Shown piece after piece: positions 18,618 through 27,821 of a stretch of 64,000 bases of DNA. The DNA lies in the sequence record MW250786. One strand, 5' to 3'. The notes beneath the pieces were generated by a model that worked only from the letters and a program-made list of their open reading frames with translations, was not told the DNA's origin and did no database searches. Made by a program: the position numbers and the translations under genes. This DNA is from Escherichia phage UPEC06. Numbering within the stretch: the first letter of the stretch is position 1; each line of letters opens with the position of its first letter.

Positions 18618-19945
18618 TCTCCTTCAACTTGTCAAGGTATTGTGTAACGTATCTTACTTTTACATTTCTGATTCTGCTCTTGATCTCATCTGGACGTCCC
18701 GCAAATTTTTCAGAAATCTCTTTACTTTCTTTTGAGATTGCAACACTGTTCTGAATAATACCCGCCAGTGCTGAGAATAATACCAGTGGTTGACTGTAGT
18801 TGTCAAACATTTTTTCAGGTCCACGCCCACGAGCATCACAGATGCAAGCGTCCCGCCAGTGCTGAGAATAATACCAGTGGTTGACTGTAGTTGTCAAACA
18901 TTTTTTCAGGTCCACGCCCACGAGCATCACAGATGCAAGCGTCAATAAATTCAGAAAGGAATGCTTGGTCCTTTTCACCACGTAAGGCTACCAACAAGTC
19001 ATAAACTTTCTTCGGCTTCATCTCTTTAATACGGTGAAGTCGTGTATGGTGCTCGGTCACAGCTAAAGCTAACTTCTTCCAACTGTTGGGAACACCAAAC
19101 CGATCGCAAACTTGCTCAGTCAACTTGATACCATGTTCTTCATGCCCGTGTAACTTACCTGTAACCCAATAAATGCATTTCCCTAAGTCGTGACACAATA
19201 CTGCCCACTTTACAGCCTCACTTGCACGAATGGCTTGAGCATAATCCATACAAAGTAAAGTATGAACAAATGCGTCACCTTCTGGATGGTGTTCTTTAGG
19301 TTGAACAACATCATGCAAGTCAACAAGCTCAGGGAATTCACCAAGTTGAGTCAACATACGGATCATTACCGAAGGTTTATTCATCTCCGACTGATCACTG
19401 AAGCATTTCTTAATCTCTGCAAATTTACGCTCTTTTGGAAGTGCACTTAAATCTGCATTTTGGCACATTAACCAAGTTATAGAGTCAATTATAAACTCTC
19501 CACCATATCTGGCGTAAAGTCTTGCTAGTCGGTATACACGTAAGGGGTCTTCGATAAATGCCTTAATAGATACACAACGTAACCGACGATTTTCAATATC
19601 AAGTGCACCACCGCAAGGGTCAATAATTTCACCCGTAGAAAGATCCTTAGCAATAGCATTAATGGTCAAATCTCTTCGCATCAGATCTTGCTCGATTGTA
19701 ACGTCTGGAGAGAACACAACCTCAAAGTCGTGATAACCAGGTCCTGTTGACCTTTCTGTCCTAGCAAGAGCATACTCTTCCTTTGTCTCGGGGTGAAGGT
19801 ATACAGGAAAAGCTGCACCAACTTGAGTGAATCCCTTTTCAATCATTTCTTCATGGGTCGCCCCAACTACAACGTAGTCACGATCCTTGCTTTCAACACC
19901 CATTAGTTCATCCCTCACTTGCCCACCAACAGCATATATTTTCAT
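18604..19945 (-). pseudogene. cca: tRNA nucleotidyltransferase (CCA-adding enzyme, class II, HD domain), reading frame broken by the 91-bp duplication
   Basis: N-terminal GGQVRDELMG..DRD motif; the two ORF-track ORFs (18836-19975 and 18604-18981) share the peptide ACICDARGRGPEKMFDNYSQPLVLFSALAG; removing one repeat copy restores one ~426-aa ORF. Confidence 0.6.
18761..18942. repeat. Exact tandem direct duplication of a 91-bp unit (18761-18851 and 18852-18942) inside the CCA-adding enzyme gene
   Basis: Read directly: identical 91-nt strings back to back; 91 is not a multiple of 3. Confidence 0.9.
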
Positions 19946-20280
19946 ACTCTTTCCCCTCTTAAGTTTAAAGACCAATCTTTTATTTCTTCTTTCCAGTTTG
20001 TATTTCTCTTAATGTCTTGCTTTTGACCACGAAGATAGTTGATGATTTCAAGCGGGTCTTGCTTAACAAAAGAAATATTATCGATCGGACACTCAACTAA
20101 CTTAAGCATCCTTTCAAAACGATTATACTCATCTTCTGACTTCGGTGCAACAGGAATAATATCATAATCTTCAAGATTGTCGAGAGTTTCAAGAGTTTCA
20201 AGAGTAACCTTCATCTCATAGCCTTCTAATCTCTTTGTCTTGATACCAAACACTCTTCGAAAGTAAATGTAATATTTCAT
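19942..20280 (-). CDS. hypothetical protein
   Basis: ATG at 20280 with an AGGAGAA RBS; ATGA overlap with the cca start. Confidence 0.5.
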   Translation of the reverse strand: MKYYIYFRRVFGIKTKRLEGYEMKVTLETLETLDNLEDYDIIPVAPKSEDEYNRFERMLKLVECPIDNISFVKQDPLEIINYLRGQKQDIKRNTNWKEEIKDWSLNLRGERV

Positions 20281-20332
20281 TATGTTCTCCTAGTTGATGA
20301 CTATCATTATACACATCCCCATATCCAAGTCA

Positions 20333-20362
20333 ACAAAAAAGGCCACCCGAAGGTGACCTTTA
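20333..20362 (-). terminator. Intrinsic terminator (aggtcacc-ttcg-ggtggcct plus U-run); same sequence as the plus-strand terminator at 61192-61221 in reverse orientation
   Basis: Hairpin plus A-run on the plus strand; reverse complement of 61193-61221. Confidence 0.65.
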
Positions 20363-20365
20363 AAT

Positions 20366-20875
20366 TTAAGGGTGAATCCAGTAAAAAGGTTTTGTTAAAC
20401 CAAGCTTACCTTTTTTATCCCAAATAAAATAACCGTATGCTGCACCATCTGTTTTACCATCGTCAGTAAAAGAGGGTCGCTTAGATAAAGTAACCAAGTG
20501 ATCAACAGGATATTCCTTCCAGAACTCAACACGTTTGGTACTCTCAAGGAAACCTAAACGAAGAAGCATGATCACCACATCAGCGTCCTTGTGGGCCTTC
20601 TCCACAAACTCTTGAGCTAAATTGTAAGGTGGATTAGTTAACACACAATCTACCTTGTTGTATTCAGTCGCAAGATAATCAACACCTGCTTGAATCTCAG
20701 CCCAAGCTGAACCAATCGGCATTTCATTATAAAAACGCCCAGAGGCTCTGCAAGGTTCCAGATAAGTCCAATCCTGACGGATCGGAACTAAATTCAAGAA
20801 AGCATCCACTGCCCACTTCGGAGTTTCATAACGATCATTTTCACGGCGTTCTGCTTTAGGTTTCAGTGCAGCCAC
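20366..20875 (-). CDS. DNA N6-adenine methyltransferase (small phage Dam-like)
   Basis: YETPKWAV and TNPPY motifs; 169 aa. Confidence 0.65.
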   Translation of the reverse strand: MAALKPKAERRENDRYETPKWAVDAFLNLVPIRQDWTYLEPCRASGRFYNEMPIGSAWAEIQAGVDYLATEYNKVDCVLTNPPYNLAQEFVEKAHKDADVVIMLLRLGFLESTKRVEFWKEYPVDHLVTLSKRPSFTDDGKTDGAAYGYFIWDKKGKLGLTKPFYWIHP

Positions 20876-20877
20876 TA

Positions 20878-21723
20878 TTATTTTCCCCCTTCTTTCGCCG
20901 CAGTGATGATCTGTTCAATCAACTCGTCGCGATAATAAACGTACTGTTCAACACCAAAACATTCCGCAATCTCGTCTAGTTCGTCGAGGTTGTACTCGTC
21001 AAAGTCTCGTGGGTTAAGAGTAAAGATGTTGAATTTTTTGGCGTAGCCTTCGTCGAGGACGATTTCAAACTCTCCTTCTCCGATTTCTTTCGCATCATCA
21101 ACATCACCCGATTCGATTGCCCCTTCAACCTTAATCCCCCCTGTATTTTGTTGATCGGCTTCCATTTGCTTTTTAATTGCTTCATCTTCAGCGGTCAGAC
21201 GGGCTTGCATCTGAGAGGAAGTAAAGTAAATTTCGCCAGCACGATCAAACAGTTCAACGAGTTCATCTTCTGTCATAACACCCTTGTACAGATCGTAGTA
21301 TTTCTCTTTGAACAGGTCTTTGTAGAAATCGCTACGTTTAAATACCAGTGCCGAGTCACCGCCCATACTCATCTGAACGTTGTGGAACATGTAATGAGAA
21401 CCTGGACGACAAATTCGAACATGACCGGATAAGAAGATCATTGTTGCAGCACTTGCCACTTCACCAATACCGTGTGTTACAACAGTCGCCTTTGTTTCAG
21501 AGATCGCTGTCATGTACATATCGGCGATATCACAATAACCACCACAAGAAGTAATGTACAGATTTACAATATCACCTTCAGGTGCTGAACGAATCAGGTC
21601 AACAGCCTCGATATGTGCTTCAGGTGAATTGTGCAGATCCGTAACATAAATACGCCAATCGTTAGAAGTTACTGGAGACACCCAAATGTTTTTTGCCGGA
21701 CCATTCATTACGATTTCTTCCAT
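20878..21723 (-). CDS. ClpP-like serine protease (S14 fold) with an acidic C-terminal extension
   Basis: Colinear with ClpP: TSCGG (cf. NSPGG), GEVASAATMIFLSG (cf. GQAASMGAFLL), MFHNV (cf. MIHQP). Confidence 0.6.
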   Translation of the reverse strand: MEEIVMNGPAKNIWVSPVTSNDWRIYVTDLHNSPEAHIEAVDLIRSAPEGDIVNLYITSCGGYCDIADMYMTAISETKATVVTHGIGEVASAATMIFLSGHVRICRPGSHYMFHNVQMSMGGDSALVFKRSDFYKDLFKEKYYDLYKGVMTEDELVELFDRAGEIYFTSSQMQARLTAEDEAIKKQMEADQQNTGGIKVEGAIESGDVDDAKEIGEGEFEIVLDEGYAKKFNIFTLNPRDFDEYNLDELDEIAECFGVEQYVYYRDELIEQIITAAKEGGK

Positions 21724-21735
21724 ATTAATTCCCCC

Positions 21736-22206
21736 TTAGCTAATTAAAGTACGGATGCGGGTAGCGTTTTGCAGAACCCAGTCTACTACGACAGAATGAT
21801 CAGAATCAACAATTACTTCATGATGACGTTTGAACATATCAAGAATCTTTGCTGCTTCGGCAGTGTAAAGTGCCGCACGATCTAAAAAGATAATCTGCTC
21901 TTTAAGTTCTTCCGTGATTGGACATAACTTACTTGGGACCTCAATGGCTGATAAATGCTCTATCAACTCCGCTCTGGTAGAGAACATAATATCAACTTCC
22001 TGATCGATACTAAGAGAGCCTAAGAATAAGCGAGAAAACCATCCACGATACTCATCGTTGTTTTTACGCAAAGTCTTAATTCCAAATCTTAACTCTTCGA
22101 ACAGAGCTGTTGCAATTTCTTCAATACGATCAGGAACAATAGCCCCACAATTTTTCAATTCCATCAGTTTACGATGATCAACTGTTGCGTACATACCCTT
22201 ATCCAT
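21736..22206 (-). CDS. hypothetical protein
   Basis: 156-aa ORF. Confidence 0.5.
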   Translation of the reverse strand: MDKGMYATVDHRKLMELKNCGAIVPDRIEEIATALFEELRFGIKTLRKNNDEYRGWFSRLFLGSLSIDQEVDIMFSTRAELIEHLSAIEVPSKLCPITEELKEQIIFLDRAALYTAEAAKILDMFKRHHEVIVDSDHSVVVDWVLQNATRIRTLIS

Positions 22207-22214
22207 ATCACCCC

Positions 22215-22532
22215 TTAAATTCCGATTAAATATTTAAACTTCCCGTCGTTCTCTGCGATCTTGTGGATTACATAGAACCAATTTTCAATTCCATCTTCAT
22301 CTTCCTCTTTCACACGATCACCAGTTTTCAACTCAACCTCGGAAACGTACTCCTTACTTTCAAGAAAATACTTCCACTGAACCATGTCTTTAAAATTACA
22401 GATTAGTTTATTTTTGCCATCTGTCGTCCAAAGGTCCTGATTGACCCACATACCAACAACGAAATTCTTTTCTTTTTTAGGACGACCAAGTGCATAAGTG
22501 TTGTTTAACATCTTTGCTTTATCTAAGACCAC
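22215..22532 (-). CDS. hypothetical protein
   Basis: 105-aa ORF. Confidence 0.5.
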   Translation of the reverse strand: MVLDKAKMLNNTYALGRPKKEKNFVVGMWVNQDLWTTDGKNKLICNFKDMVQWKYFLESKEYVSEVELKTGDRVKEEDEDGIENWFYVIHKIAENDGKFKYLIGI

Positions 22533-23250
22533 GTTTTGACTCCAAGTTAACTAAGAAATTCTCAAGCACTGTGATGTTGTCTTCTTTCCAAAGATTAAGT
22601 GTTCTTACTCCACTCTTCTTTGCAAGATTGACTGCTGTAGCAGTGCCACCCTTGGGATTGCCCGTTCTTGTTTCCTTTGCGTAGTATATCACAAATTTAC
22701 TTTGCATCAAGTATGCATTTGAAAGATTTTTACCAAAAATCTGGTGTACGTTTCTTTCGTGCAACTTCCTTGCTCCCTGACTCAACTTATCCCAACCACC
22801 ATGAACTTCTTTCACCCAATCCCAACGCATCTCTTTATGCTGTGGGAAATCTTTGTCGATTTCATTCAGAGAGATATTATACAGGTCCTTAAGTCCCTGT
22901 CCACCTTTAAAGTTATTCCAAGGAACATATATCTCTGCAAGTCTACTCGGTGATTGGGTCATATTACAATCTTCATGAAACCTCTGCATACCCCTTTGGA
23001 ATGCTGCATCTGCGCCACCTGCACCACCAGATCGTAATGTGTACCCAACTCTTGCTAATCTCCAACCTGCATCTTCCATAATTTTTAATATTTCTTCAGG
23101 AGTCTCCCTTGAACCTATTCCTGTATAAGCTGGCACTTTAACCTCCTTCATCTTCAGTTGACCAGTACCCATTAACTTTTTTCCAAAGTCTTTGGTTATC
23201 TGATCCCCTGAATCTTTTAGTTGTAGGTTTGTTTTCATCATACTTGCCAT
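22519..23250 (-). CDS. DprA/Smf-like (SLOG-type Rossmann) domain protein; start uncertain
   Basis: GIGSRETP...LRSGGAGGADAAFQRG matches the DprA GSR...SGxAxGxDxxAxxG pattern. Confidence 0.4.
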   Translation of the reverse strand: MASMMKTNLQLKDSGDQITKDFGKKLMGTGQLKMKEVKVPAYTGIGSRETPEEILKIMEDAGWRLARVGYTLRSGGAGGADAAFQRGMQRFHEDCNMTQSPSRLAEIYVPWNNFKGGQGLKDLYNISLNEIDKDFPQHKEMRWDWVKEVHGGWDKLSQGARKLHERNVHQIFGKNLSNAYLMQSKFVIYYAKETRTGNPKGGTATAVNLAKKSGVRTLNLWKEDNITVLENFLVNLESKRGLR

Positions 23251-23620
23251 CCATGATTAAGTCAACGTGTTTCTTTATTTCCTCATCTAAGTCTTCAAAA
23301 AGATACCCTGTCCACACCATGATATCTTTACTCTCACCAAAGCACGACTTTACTTCCTTGATAATTCTTTTTACAACATCAATATTCTCAGGGTCAAGAG
23401 GTTCTCCACCCATAATTGACAATCCACTGATAAAATTTCGAGAAAGATCTTTTTTCAAACTCTCCATATCTTCATCTGTGAATTCTTTCCCATACCTGTA
23501 TGACCAAGCCTTTTGGTTAAAACAACCCTTACACTTATGACTGCATCCACTAACCCAGAGAGAGGTTCTTACCCCCTCTCCATTGATGAAGTCTGTGCTT
23601 TCATACCCACAAATATTCAA
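23138..23620 (-). CDS. nrdG: anaerobic ribonucleotide reductase activating protein (radical SAM)
   Basis: CSHKCKGC cluster near the N-terminus; immediately downstream of nrdD. Confidence 0.8.
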   Translation of the reverse strand: MNICGYESTDFINGEGVRTSLWVSGCSHKCKGCFNQKAWSYRYGKEFTDEDMESLKKDLSRNFISGLSIMGGEPLDPENIDVVKRIIKEVKSCFGESKDIMVWTGYLFEDLDEEIKKHVDLIMDGKYDENKPTTKRFRGSDNQRLWKKVNGYWSTEDEGG

Positions 23621-25695
23621 ACGTGTTTTTCCCTTTGTAAGACCTCCTGCATCTTACCTTTGTTATAAGGTCTTGCATTTGGTGCAGATAAATAACCAGA
23701 AACCCTTCGGATTACTGAAATTGTTCCCTCTTCTTTGTTACCGCAACAAGGGCATTCAAAACCTTTAGCCGTTGCATCGAACTCCCCGCTAAAGTTACAT
23801 TTAAAGCACTGGTCTACAGGTTGATTAACACCGAAGTAAGGTATGGTTTTATAACCGTAATCGATCAACGTTTCAAGTGCCTTCATATTATTTTTCAAGT
23901 TTGGCGTTTCAACATAACCAATATTACCGCCTGAACTTATTGTTGCGAAACCGGATTCATACTTCCACTTAGCGAAAGGATCTGAATGTTCCCAAACAGG
24001 TGCATGAAAAGAGTTTGTAAGATAGTCTCGCTTAATGGCTTCTGGATATTTTTCCTTAAGCTTGGTGGCGAAACGATAACATAAACTCTCAGCGGGTGTT
24101 CCGTAGAGGCTAAAGGAAATACGTGAACGCTCTTTAAATTCATCACATTTGATTTTCATGTGATTGAGGATCATTACCGCTAAAGCCTTATGCTTTTGCC
24201 CCACCATAATATCAACTGCTTCCGATAAGCCTACATATCCAATACTGATCGATGCGTACCCGTCATAGAATAACTTACTAATCTTTTCATCAGCACCCAA
24301 TCTTGCTAAAGCACCCTCCATAAACAGGGTTGGGTTTTGAGATGCTTTCACATTCTTGAGTCTATTGACACGAACCATATGCGATTCATATGCGTTTTCC
24401 ATGTGCTGGTCAAGAAGTGCATAAAAATTACCACCTTTGGCTTTATACTCTGCCGCAATCAATGGGAGGTTGATCGACACAACACCAAGGTTGAACCTTC
24501 CATCATACTTCTCTCCATGTTCTGTCGTAAATTTGGAAAGGAAGCTCCTACAACCCATACTTGTAACTTTCCCATCTGAAGATCCAGTAACCTCTTTATT
24601 TAATGGCACAGAGATGAAGTCAGGATAGATCCTTTCAACACAGCACTGCATTGCCATTTGTTTAAGGTCATAATTAACATCACCAGGTTTCAGGTTTACA
24701 CCATCTTGCAAAAAGAAGACAACCTTCGGAAAAACTGGAGTTACCTTATCCTTGCCAAGCCCCTCAGTATGGACCTTTAGATAGTTTTTGGTAATCATTC
24801 TACCAAACTCTGAAGTTTCAAGACCCATACTGATCGTAATGAAAGGCGATTGACCGTTAACACTCATTAAAGTATTAACCTGATAAACCAGAGTCTGCAT
24901 TGCATCATACACATCTCGGTCTGTCATCTCCATTGCTAAAGATTCATTAGGTTTTCCGATCTTTTCTAAAAACTCGATATTCTTTTTGTGACTCATCTCA
25001 ACATATGTTTTCAAACCCTCATCGATATGAGCACATGTTTGTCCTCCGTATTGACTGGATGCCACAGCCTGAATAATTTGAGTCAGAACTGTTGTTGCAA
25101 CACCAATCGACTTAGGTTTTTCGATCTTCGCATTTCCAATCTTAAAACCATTTTCAAGCATGTCCCGATAGTTAACAAGACAACAGTTAGTTAATGGACT
25201 AACCAAATAATCCAAGTCGTGAATGTGACCATAACCTTCATTGTGCCAAGCAGCGAGGTCTTTTGGCAAGATCTGATTAATACTGACATGCTTGCTTAAA
25301 ATACCTGCCAGCAAGTCCCGATGAGTATTTACCAAATTGCTAGGTTTGTTTGCATTCTCACGAGTAAATTCTTCAGCCGTTTGATCCAAAAATCCGCTAA
25401 TATCTGAATAAAGTTTACCTTTGCCTTCACGAACTGAATCCCGATCATGACGGTATTCAATATAGCATCTGGCAGCATCTTGAAGATTTTTCTGACTCAT
25501 TAAGGTATTCTCAACAACCTTATGAATCTCTTCTACAGATATACGATCTTTATCTTCAATCTGACTAACGACTTCAGTAATGAGTTTATCAACATCGGCT
25601 TTAGTGCCTGCGGATAAAAGAGCGCCCCGAAGGGCTGCTCCGATCTTATCCGTGCACAAGGTTTCTTCACGCCCGTCACGTTTTGCAATAATCAA
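23617..25695 (-). CDS. nrdD: anaerobic ribonucleoside-triphosphate reductase (class III)
   Basis: 692 aa; C-terminal Zn-ribbon CFKC..CPCC and glycyl-radical motif RRVSGYL. Confidence 0.85.
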   Translation of the reverse strand: MIIAKRDGREETLCTDKIGAALRGALLSAGTKADVDKLITEVVSQIEDKDRISVEEIHKVVENTLMSQKNLQDAARCYIEYRHDRDSVREGKGKLYSDISGFLDQTAEEFTRENANKPSNLVNTHRDLLAGILSKHVSINQILPKDLAAWHNEGYGHIHDLDYLVSPLTNCCLVNYRDMLENGFKIGNAKIEKPKSIGVATTVLTQIIQAVASSQYGGQTCAHIDEGLKTYVEMSHKKNIEFLEKIGKPNESLAMEMTDRDVYDAMQTLVYQVNTLMSVNGQSPFITISMGLETSEFGRMITKNYLKVHTEGLGKDKVTPVFPKVVFFLQDGVNLKPGDVNYDLKQMAMQCCVERIYPDFISVPLNKEVTGSSDGKVTSMGCRSFLSKFTTEHGEKYDGRFNLGVVSINLPLIAAEYKAKGGNFYALLDQHMENAYESHMVRVNRLKNVKASQNPTLFMEGALARLGADEKISKLFYDGYASISIGYVGLSEAVDIMVGQKHKALAVMILNHMKIKCDEFKERSRISFSLYGTPAESLCYRFATKLKEKYPEAIKRDYLTNSFHAPVWEHSDPFAKWKYESGFATISSGGNIGYVETPNLKNNMKALETLIDYGYKTIPYFGVNQPVDQCFKCNFSGEFDATAKGFECPCCGNKEEGTISVIRRVSGYLSAPNARPYNKGKMQEVLQREKHV

Positions 25696-25697
25696 CC

Positions 25698-26444
25698 TTA
25701 ATTACCTCCTTTAAGATCCTTTTCACGAGCCTTGACAACTGCCTTACAGAATGGACTACGAACGATTTCTTCACTAGTCGCTTCAACATAATCGGCAAAG
25801 TCGTAAAGTTCATGACGATCAATGAATTCGATTGCCCATTCTAATCCAGTTTCACGATTACGCATATCGTTCTGTGTGATATCGCCTAAGCAGAACAGCT
25901 TAGAACTTTCACCTTTACGAGTCATGATCGTGTAAGCCGTATCTTCATCTGTGTTCTGAAACTCATCGACAATAACAACCGCATTATCGAAAGAACGCCC
26001 ACGGATATATTCCAGAGGAACAAATTCAATGTTACCACAACCCAACTGAGTTTCAAAGAAACCGTGACCGTAGCGTTGATGAATAACCTGAATAAGTGCC
26101 TGAAGGAAAGGCTCGAATTTCTCACGGATAGTCCCAGGTAGTAACCCGAGACTGTTCCCCATTCCCAATGTTGGTCGAGTAAGGACGATCTTTTCAATCT
26201 TACCTTGCTTCAGCCAATCAATAACGGTACTCATAATGACAAATGTCTTACCTGTACCCGCCGGAGCGTTAACGAAAACAACTTCCTTCTCGTTAACCAG
26301 AGATAACAATTCCTTTTGGAATCGGTTCTTTGGAGTAATAGGTTTTTTCAACTCTTCATAGGCTTTAGGTGTTACCTGACGGCCTTTTGAACGCTTCTCT
26401 TCACGACGATCCTGACGAGATTTACGATTAGTATGACGTTGCAT
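25698..26444 (-). CDS. phoH: PhoH-like ATPase
   Basis: Walker A VNAPAGTGKTF; 248 aa. Confidence 0.75.
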   Translation of the reverse strand: MQRHTNRKSRQDRREEKRSKGRQVTPKAYEELKKPITPKNRFQKELLSLVNEKEVVFVNAPAGTGKTFVIMSTVIDWLKQGKIEKIVLTRPTLGMGNSLGLLPGTIREKFEPFLQALIQVIHQRYGHGFFETQLGCGNIEFVPLEYIRGRSFDNAVVIVDEFQNTDEDTAYTIMTRKGESSKLFCLGDITQNDMRNRETGLEWAIEFIDRHELYDFADYVEATSEEIVRSPFCKAVVKAREKDLKGGN

Positions 26445-26459
26445 AGAGTACCTCGCTTC

Positions 26460-26843
26460 TTAAGGGTAGAGTTTATGAGGGAGTTGGAAATGAGGACCAT
26501 CTTTAAATGAAGTCCAATCACCGCCCCACTCAATCGGGATGTTTAATTCTTTTGCTGCATCCTTAACAGCTTCTGCCATCGGGTAATAATATTTCCAGTC
26601 CCAAGTAACCGATCCGTTAACCAAAGGCCACAAATCTACAGCATGTCCGGTCAGATGACGACTATTCATCGTCTTACTCTTACCTTCTGCAACATACTTA
26701 CGTTGGGTTTCTATTGTACGTAGACCTTCACCAACAGTAAAGTCAATCGTACTCTTTTTGATTGCCAGTTTCACAACTTCAACCAAGTCGGGATGAACGC
26801 CCTTAAGACGTTCAATACTCCGTTTACCTAATACAAATCCCAT
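26460..26843 (-). CDS. endolysin, L-alanyl-D-glutamate peptidase (M15 / VanY-like)
   Basis: 127 aa; SRHLTGHAVDL and later His-containing motifs consistent with a zinc peptidase. Confidence 0.6.
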   Translation of the reverse strand: MGFVLGKRSIERLKGVHPDLVEVVKLAIKKSTIDFTVGEGLRTIETQRKYVAEGKSKTMNSRHLTGHAVDLWPLVNGSVTWDWKYYYPMAEAVKDAAKELNIPIEWGGDWTSFKDGPHFQLPHKLYP

Positions 26844-26851
26844 TAAGTCTC

Positions 26852-27262
26852 CTAGTGAGTAACTTCAGTTTTTACATACCCCAAGATCAAATCATCTTGG
26901 ATCTCTTTCATCGCCACAGACATTTTCAACTGAACTTCAGCGATAGCTTCTGAATATTCAATTTCGTCTACAAAGCGTTGAAGATGTTCAGTGGATAACG
27001 AATCCATATTTTCCACGATCGCATTCTGCATTACCTTTTCATAATTTTCAGAAGTCATTGCTTCAACGATCTTCTGTTGATTTCGGACCTTAATGATATC
27101 TTCTTCTGTCTTATCTTCAATACCTTTCAGGAAGTCCAGCGTCATCACTGCCACTTCAAGGTTTGCGTCAATTGCCTTACCAACAACGTACTTTGCAATT
27201 TTATGAAGCAGACGCTCACGATCAGTCAGTTCTTTTTCAATTTTATCAACGGTATTAGTCAT
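26852..27262 (-). CDS. hypothetical protein
   Basis: 136-aa ORF. Confidence 0.5.
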   Translation of the reverse strand: MTNTVDKIEKELTDRERLLHKIAKYVVGKAIDANLEVAVMTLDFLKGIEDKTEEDIIKVRNQQKIVEAMTSENYEKVMQNAIVENMDSLSTEHLQRFVDEIEYSEAIAEVQLKMSVAMKEIQDDLILGYVKTEVTH

Positions 27263-27555
27263 TACAGATCTCCCAGGTCATCGTTATTGAAGTCAAGTTC
27301 TACTTTGCTCGGCAAATTCTTTGCTACCAGTTCAGTGTAGCCACCAACGTACTCACTGTCAATAAAAATCTGAGGAACTGTACGTGGAACATAACCAACA
27401 GCATCGCTTACCTTTTTAACCATCTCTTGCAGGTTGACAGAGTTTGCACCTACGTCAATATACTCATACTCATAACCTTTCTGATCAAGGAGGGTTTTTG
27501 CATTGTCACAGAATGGGCAGTTTACTTTACCAAAAATCACATTACTCATTATCAA
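27262..27555 (-). CDS. glutaredoxin-like protein
   Basis: CPFC active-site motif near the N-terminus; within the RNR module. Confidence 0.75.
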   Translation of the reverse strand: MIMSNVIFGKVNCPFCDNAKTLLDQKGYEYEYIDVGANSVNLQEMVKKVSDAVGYVPRTVPQIFIDSEYVGGYTELVAKNLPSKVELDFNNDDLGDL

Positions 27556-27586
27556 TCTCCTCTATCCAGAAAACAAAACTATTTAA

Positions 27587-27781
27587 TCACACTTCTTTGA
27601 ACGTTGCAAGCACTGTTGATTCAATTTCGTAATAATTTTCACGAACTTTGATATCTTCATTCAATGCCCAAGGTACACCAAGGTCAGTGCTTACATATTG
27701 GAGATCATCTGATCCCTCATAAACAGAATTCTGTTCAAACACAAAACCTTCCACTGCAAAAGTACAAATAAGTTTTTTCAC
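27587..27781 (-). CDS. hypothetical protein (GTG start)
   Basis: GTG at 27781 with a GGAGA RBS 8 nt upstream; avoids overlap with nrdB. Confidence 0.35.
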   Translation of the reverse strand: MKKLICTFAVEGFVFEQNSVYEGSDDLQYVSTDLGVPWALNEDIKVRENYYEIESTVLATFKEV

Positions 27782-27821
27782 TTTTAGAATCTCCAGGTTA
27801 AGGGCCTTTCGGCCCAGCTTA

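Noticed and set aside
18761-18942. CRISPR array interpretation of the 91-bp repeat and of the 49925-50066 iterons
   Set aside because: Only two abutting copies with no spacers in the first case; AT-rich irregular short repeats with no repeat-spacer periodicity in the second.
18604-18981. Treating ORF 18604-18981 as an independent gene
   Set aside because: Its in-frame part is the displaced C-terminus of the CCA-adding enzyme created by the 91-bp duplication; its N-terminal 45 aa are an out-of-frame read of the duplicated copy.
23937-26197. ORFs nested in nrdD and phoH (23937-24146, 24337-24579, 24437-24628, 24988-25194, 25922-26197)
   Set aside because: Internal alternate-frame or antisense ORFs within confidently assigned enzymes.
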